A DNA stretch of 64,000 nt, taken from assembly GCF_017348835.2 (NCBI RefSeq), contig NZ_CP071375.1, one strand, 5' to 3'. Of the stretch, positions 60,197 through 64,000 are shown piece after piece. Each line of letters opens with the position of its first letter. Positions within the stretch are counted from its first letter, which is position 1. The DNA is from Escherichia coli (GTDB lineage: Bacteria; Pseudomonadota; Gammaproteobacteria; Enterobacterales; Enterobacteriaceae). Position numbers and translations under genes: made by a program. The notes under the pieces are model-generated. The model was given only the letters and a program-made list of their open reading frames with translations. It made no database searches and had not been told where the DNA came from.

Positions 60197-61258
60197 TTAA
60201 TCCGGGAAGTTAATCACAACTTTCCCGCATTTGCCGCTCGCCATCAGCGCATAGGCATCACCTGCCTGTTCCAGCGTGAAGCGATGGGTAATGGCGTTAC
60301 GCGGCCACAGTTTCCAGTCAGTCAAATCGTGGGCGCATTTTTCCATATGGAACAAACTGGTCACCCAGGAGCCAATAATCCGCCGTTGATGGTGCATCAG
60401 GTCGGCGCTAACCTCGAACTCTACTTTTCCGGTTTCACCAATGTAAACCACCCGCCCCCAGTCAGCAGTGGATTGCAGTGCCAGCAAGCGACCTGCGGCA
60501 TTACCTGAACAATCAAGAGCAACATCCGCGCCACCGTGGGTAAGTTCAGCAATTATCTGCGGCAGACCTTCGGTGGTCGCTAAATAGCCGTGATCCATCA
60601 CCCCTAACTGTTTTGCCATCGCCAGACGTTCCGGCAGCATATCAACGCCGATGATCCGTTTTGCACCGCGACCTTTCGCCAGCATCATCGCCATCATGCC
60701 GACCGGCCCCAGACCGACCACCAGCACGTTATCGCTGCCGGAAACTTCGCCGCGCAAAATCCCTTCATAGGCCGTGCCAACGCCGCAACTGATAAACGCA
60801 CCATCTTCGTAGCTCAGCGCATCCGGCAGGAGGATCAGATCTTTTTCTTCCGCCAGCAGATATTCGGCATGACCGCCGTCACGCTGCCAGCCGTAAGCCG
60901 CTTTTCCTTTGCCAGTACAAGAGATAGGAAAGCCGCGGCGGCAGTTCGGGCAAAAACCACAGCCAGAAATGTGATACACCAGCACGCGATCACCCTCTTT
61001 AAAATGGCGACAGCCTTGCCCCATCGCCACAATTTGCCCGCACGGCTCATGACCGTTGATAAAGCCCTGGTATAACGGTTTATCGGGCGCCGCCGCCGTG
61101 GCGCGGTGTTGATGGTAGATATAGTGGACATCGCTTCCGCAAATCCCGGAGGATTTCATTTTGATCAGTACCTGGTTAATCCCCGGCGTCGGCACCGCAA
61201 CTTCCCGCAGATCGACGGTCGAATTTCCTGGTAAATAAGCTGCCAGCATCGTTTTCAT
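60197..61258 (-). CDS. yphC: Zinc-dependent alcohol dehydrogenase-family oxidoreductase YphC
   Basis: ORF track 60197..61291; start trimmed to MKTMLAAY (353 aa); zinc ligands GHEPCG, NAD motif GLGPVG. Confidence 0.85.
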   Translation of the reverse strand: MKTMLAAYLPGNSTVDLREVAVPTPGINQVLIKMKSSGICGSDVHYIYHQHRATAAAPDKPLYQGFINGHEPCGQIVAMGQGCRHFKEGDRVLVYHISGCGFCPNCRRGFPISCTGKGKAAYGWQRDGGHAEYLLAEEKDLILLPDALSYEDGAFISCGVGTAYEGILRGEVSGSDNVLVVGLGPVGMMAMMLAKGRGAKRIIGVDMLPERLAMAKQLGVMDHGYLATTEGLPQIIAELTHGGADVALDCSGNAAGRLLALQSTADWGRVVYIGETGKVEFEVSADLMHHQRRIIGSWVTSLFHMEKCAHDLTDWKLWPRNAITHRFTLEQAGDAYALMASGKCGKVVINFPD

Positions 61259-61323
61259 AAATCCCTCATTAACAATACGATTAATTTTCATCCCTGCCGC
61301 ACCCGCGCCAGGGGCGTTAAGGT

Positions 61324-62322
61324 TTAGCGTTTCGCTTTACTGCTACGCTGGGTCAGCAAGATATTCGCCAGCACCGCCACCACGATGATGACGCCGCGCA
61401 CCACCTGCTGGAAAAAGGAGTTAATCCCGAGCAGCACCAGACCGTTACCGATTAGCGTAATCACCAGTACGCCAAGCAGCGTACCGAACAACGAGCCGCG
61501 ACCACCGGAAAGCGCCGTACCGCCAACCACGACTGCGGCGATGACGTCAAACTCCAGACCGTTTGCGGCACCTGCGTTACCAGAACCGAGGCGCGCCGCC
61601 AACAAAATGCCGGTCACCGCCGCTAATAATCCCGAAAGGGTAAAGATAAGAATGCGTACCCGACGAACGTTAATACCGCACAACTGCGCCGCCGTGGCAT
61701 TACCGCCAACGGCAAAAACCGAGCGCCCGAAGGCGGTTTTGCGGCTGATGAACACAAACAGCGCAAACAGCACCATCATGATCAGCGCGGATACCGGCAC
61801 ACCGAGAAATTGTCCGCCCAGCCAGTCCAGCACCTCGTTTTCGTCAATCGGCACTGGCAGTGCGTTGGTCATAAACAGCCCCATTCCGCGCAGGGCGCTC
61901 CACAGCCCCAGTGTGGCAACGAAACTTGGTACGTTAAACACGCCGCGCAGCACCCCGGCCAGCGTTCCCATCAGCGCGCCTAACAGCAACACCAGCAGAC
62001 ACGCCACCGCCAGCGGAACTTCAAATTGCAGCAAAAATGCCAGGCACACCGAGACAAAAGCCACCATAGGCCCAACGCTGACATCAATTTCACCGGAGAT
62101 AATAATCAGCGTCATCGCCCAGGCGGCAATCCCAATGGTGGCGGCATCGCGCAGCACGTTCATCTGGTTATTCAATGAGATAAAGCCAGGCGCGTTCAGG
62201 GAGAAGACCAGATAAAGAATGGCAATCACCACCAGCAAACCGATCTCATTAATATGGCGACTGACAAATTGTTTGAGCGAGACGCTCTTGCCCTGCGGCA
62301 ATGGTAATGACGAAGCAGACAT
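61324..62322 (-). CDS. yphD: ABC sugar transporter permease YphD
   Basis: 332-aa polytopic ORF. Confidence 0.85.
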   Translation of the reverse strand: MSASSLPLPQGKSVSLKQFVSRHINEIGLLVVIAILYLVFSLNAPGFISLNNQMNVLRDAATIGIAAWAMTLIIISGEIDVSVGPMVAFVSVCLAFLLQFEVPLAVACLLVLLLGALMGTLAGVLRGVFNVPSFVATLGLWSALRGMGLFMTNALPVPIDENEVLDWLGGQFLGVPVSALIMMVLFALFVFISRKTAFGRSVFAVGGNATAAQLCGINVRRVRILIFTLSGLLAAVTGILLAARLGSGNAGAANGLEFDVIAAVVVGGTALSGGRGSLFGTLLGVLVITLIGNGLVLLGINSFFQQVVRGVIIVVAVLANILLTQRSSKAKR

Positions 62323-62346
62323 CTTCAGGTTCCTCGGTAAAATTCA

Positions 62347-63858
62347 TCAATGCACAGACAGAATGGCGGACATCAGCTCATCCACATTGACCGGAGCGTG
62401 AAACTCCTGCGAGAACGTGCCGTGCTGTAATAACAGGATGCGGTCACACACCAGCGGCAACTCCTCCACTTCACTGGAGATAAACACCACGCTTTTTCCT
62501 TCGGCAGCCAGCTCACGGACAATACGGTAAATCTGCTGTTTGGCTTCGATATCGACGCCGCGCGTTGGCTCGTCGAGCAACAAAATCTGGCTGGCGGCAT
62601 AGACCCAACGACCGATCACTACTTTTTGCTGATTGCCGCCAGAAAGCGTGCCGATGGGCGTTTCGCTACTGGCGGCCTTGACCGTCATCCGCTGCATCAC
62701 TTCTTCGGTCAGGCGGCGGATGGTGGACCATTGCAGCACACCGTTGGCGCTGATTTTTTGCCGATTGGTCAGCACTGTATTTTCGTCAACGCCCAACCAG
62801 GGAATGATCCCCGCTTCTTTGCGGTTTTCTGGCGTATAGCCAATGCCGCGTTTCAGCATGTCGCCGTAATCGGGGCGCGTGATTTTCTCGCCGTTGATAA
62901 CAATTTCGCCCTGTTCATACGTCTCCAGCCCAACAATCGCCTTCAGCAATTCACTGCGCCCTGCCCCCAGCAGACCAGCAATGCCGAGCACTTCGCCACG
63001 ACGTAGCGTAAAACTGATATCCTCCAGCTTGGGCTTATGGCGTAACGCACGGACTTCCAGCACGGCCTGATCCACAATTTCCTGAGGTGCAACCGGCGCA
63101 ATATCAACGTGATCGCGCCCTAGCATTAGCGACACAATATGATGCGTGGAAGTGTTTTCGAGCATCACATCGCCAGCCACCTGCCCGTCGCGCATAACGG
63201 TGGCACAGGAGGCAATGCGGCGAATTTCTTCCATCCGGTGGCTGACATAAATCACCGCCACGCCCAGTGCCGACATCTTTTTCACCGCGCTGATCACCAG
63301 TTCAACTTCCGCACTGGCAAGCGAACTGGTAGGTTCATCAAGAATGACCACGCGCGGCTCGCCCTTCATCACCCGCGCAATTTCCACCAGCTGCTTTTGC
63401 GCCGGGCTTAGTGTTGAAACAAGTTGTTCAGGACTAACGTCAACGCCCAACGCCTGTAAGCAACGTTGGGCATCCTGCGCCATTTGCAGGTAATCAATCA
63501 TGCCGTTGCGGCGGGGCCACTGACCGAGGCAGAGGTTTTCCGCCACCGTCAGCCCTTCCACCAGACTTAACTCCTGATAAACCGCGCGTACCCCCAGTTC
63601 AGCGGCACGGCGAGTCAGCGTAGCTTCGTCGCCTTCCAGTCGCGTCTCGCCAATCCAGATATCACCGCTATCCGGACGTTCGCTACCGGTAAGCATTCGA
63701 ATGAGGGTCGATTTGCCCGCGCCGTTTTTGCCTAACAGCGCACGAACTTCGCCTTTATTGAGCGTGAAGTTAACGTTATCCAACGCAACGACGCCGGGAT
63801 AACGCTTATTTCCTGCCACCACTTTTGCTACCGGGACTGCCTCTGTTGCCGTGAACAT
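62347..63858 (-). CDS. yphE: ABC sugar transporter ATP-binding protein YphE (two ATPase domains)
   Basis: 503-aa ORF with two Walker A motifs (GKNGAGKS; GLLGAGRS) and LSGGNQQK signature. Confidence 0.88.
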   Translation of the reverse strand: MFTATEAVPVAKVVAGNKRYPGVVALDNVNFTLNKGEVRALLGKNGAGKSTLIRMLTGSERPDSGDIWIGETRLEGDEATLTRRAAELGVRAVYQELSLVEGLTVAENLCLGQWPRRNGMIDYLQMAQDAQRCLQALGVDVSPEQLVSTLSPAQKQLVEIARVMKGEPRVVILDEPTSSLASAEVELVISAVKKMSALGVAVIYVSHRMEEIRRIASCATVMRDGQVAGDVMLENTSTHHIVSLMLGRDHVDIAPVAPQEIVDQAVLEVRALRHKPKLEDISFTLRRGEVLGIAGLLGAGRSELLKAIVGLETYEQGEIVINGEKITRPDYGDMLKRGIGYTPENRKEAGIIPWLGVDENTVLTNRQKISANGVLQWSTIRRLTEEVMQRMTVKAASSETPIGTLSGGNQQKVVIGRWVYAASQILLLDEPTRGVDIEAKQQIYRIVRELAAEGKSVVFISSEVEELPLVCDRILLLQHGTFSQEFHAPVNVDELMSAILSVH

Positions 63859-63880
63859 AGGGACCTCTGCGAATCAGCGA

Positions 63881-64000
63881 TTAGGGCAGACCATCAACGT
63901 GCGTTGCCAGCCACTGTTTACCGTCTTCCGTTTTGGTATAGAGATCGATTGGCACCTGAATCACTTTTTCACCGTCGGCTTGTTTATTGATAACCTTCAA
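63881..64000 (-). CDS. yphF: ABC transporter periplasmic binding protein YphF, 3' end only
   Basis: Minus-strand frame open from the window edge to TAA at 63881-63883 (...DGKQWLATHVDGLP*); position matches yphF. Confidence 0.6.
   Translation of the reverse strand: MKVINKQADGEKVIQVPIDLYTKTEDGKQWLATHVDGLP

Overview
This window is a 64 kb stretch of Escherichia coli-type chromosome (guaA to yphF, by gene content and order), almost entirely coding, and it differs from the K-12 layout I recall in four accessory places. (1) Bases 1-952 carry the 5' part of a P4-type tyrosine integrase gene immediately downstream of the guaA terminator, which looks like the edge of a genomic island whose body lies outside the window. 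(2) Between xseA and yfgJ sits a three-gene, CS54-like adhesin island: a 2136-aa repetitive surface protein (RatA-like), SinI-like, and an intimin/invasin-family protein (SinH-like). (3) Between ndk and pbpC there is a four-gene DmsABC-type molybdoenzyme operon with an extra poly-ferredoxin gene. (4) Between sseA and sseB the ryfA-type small-toxin locus is tandemly duplicated. Each copy carries its own private 16-nt sequence twice, upstream and in the toxin 5' UTR, and that sequence differs between copies; this suggests two orthogonal sRNA-controlled type I toxin-antitoxin modules and is the most interesting signal here. The rest is conserved housekeeping: guaBA, xseA, der, bamB, yfgM, hisS, ispG, rodZ, rlmN, ndk, yfhM-pbpC, sseA, sseB, pepB, the isc-hsc-fdx operon, trmJ, suhB, yfhR, csiE, the hca cluster and yphA-F. 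No tRNA, rRNA or CRISPR array was seen. All calls rest on reading the sequence and the supplied ORF translations; no database search was run, and K-12 gene lengths and gene order are from memory.
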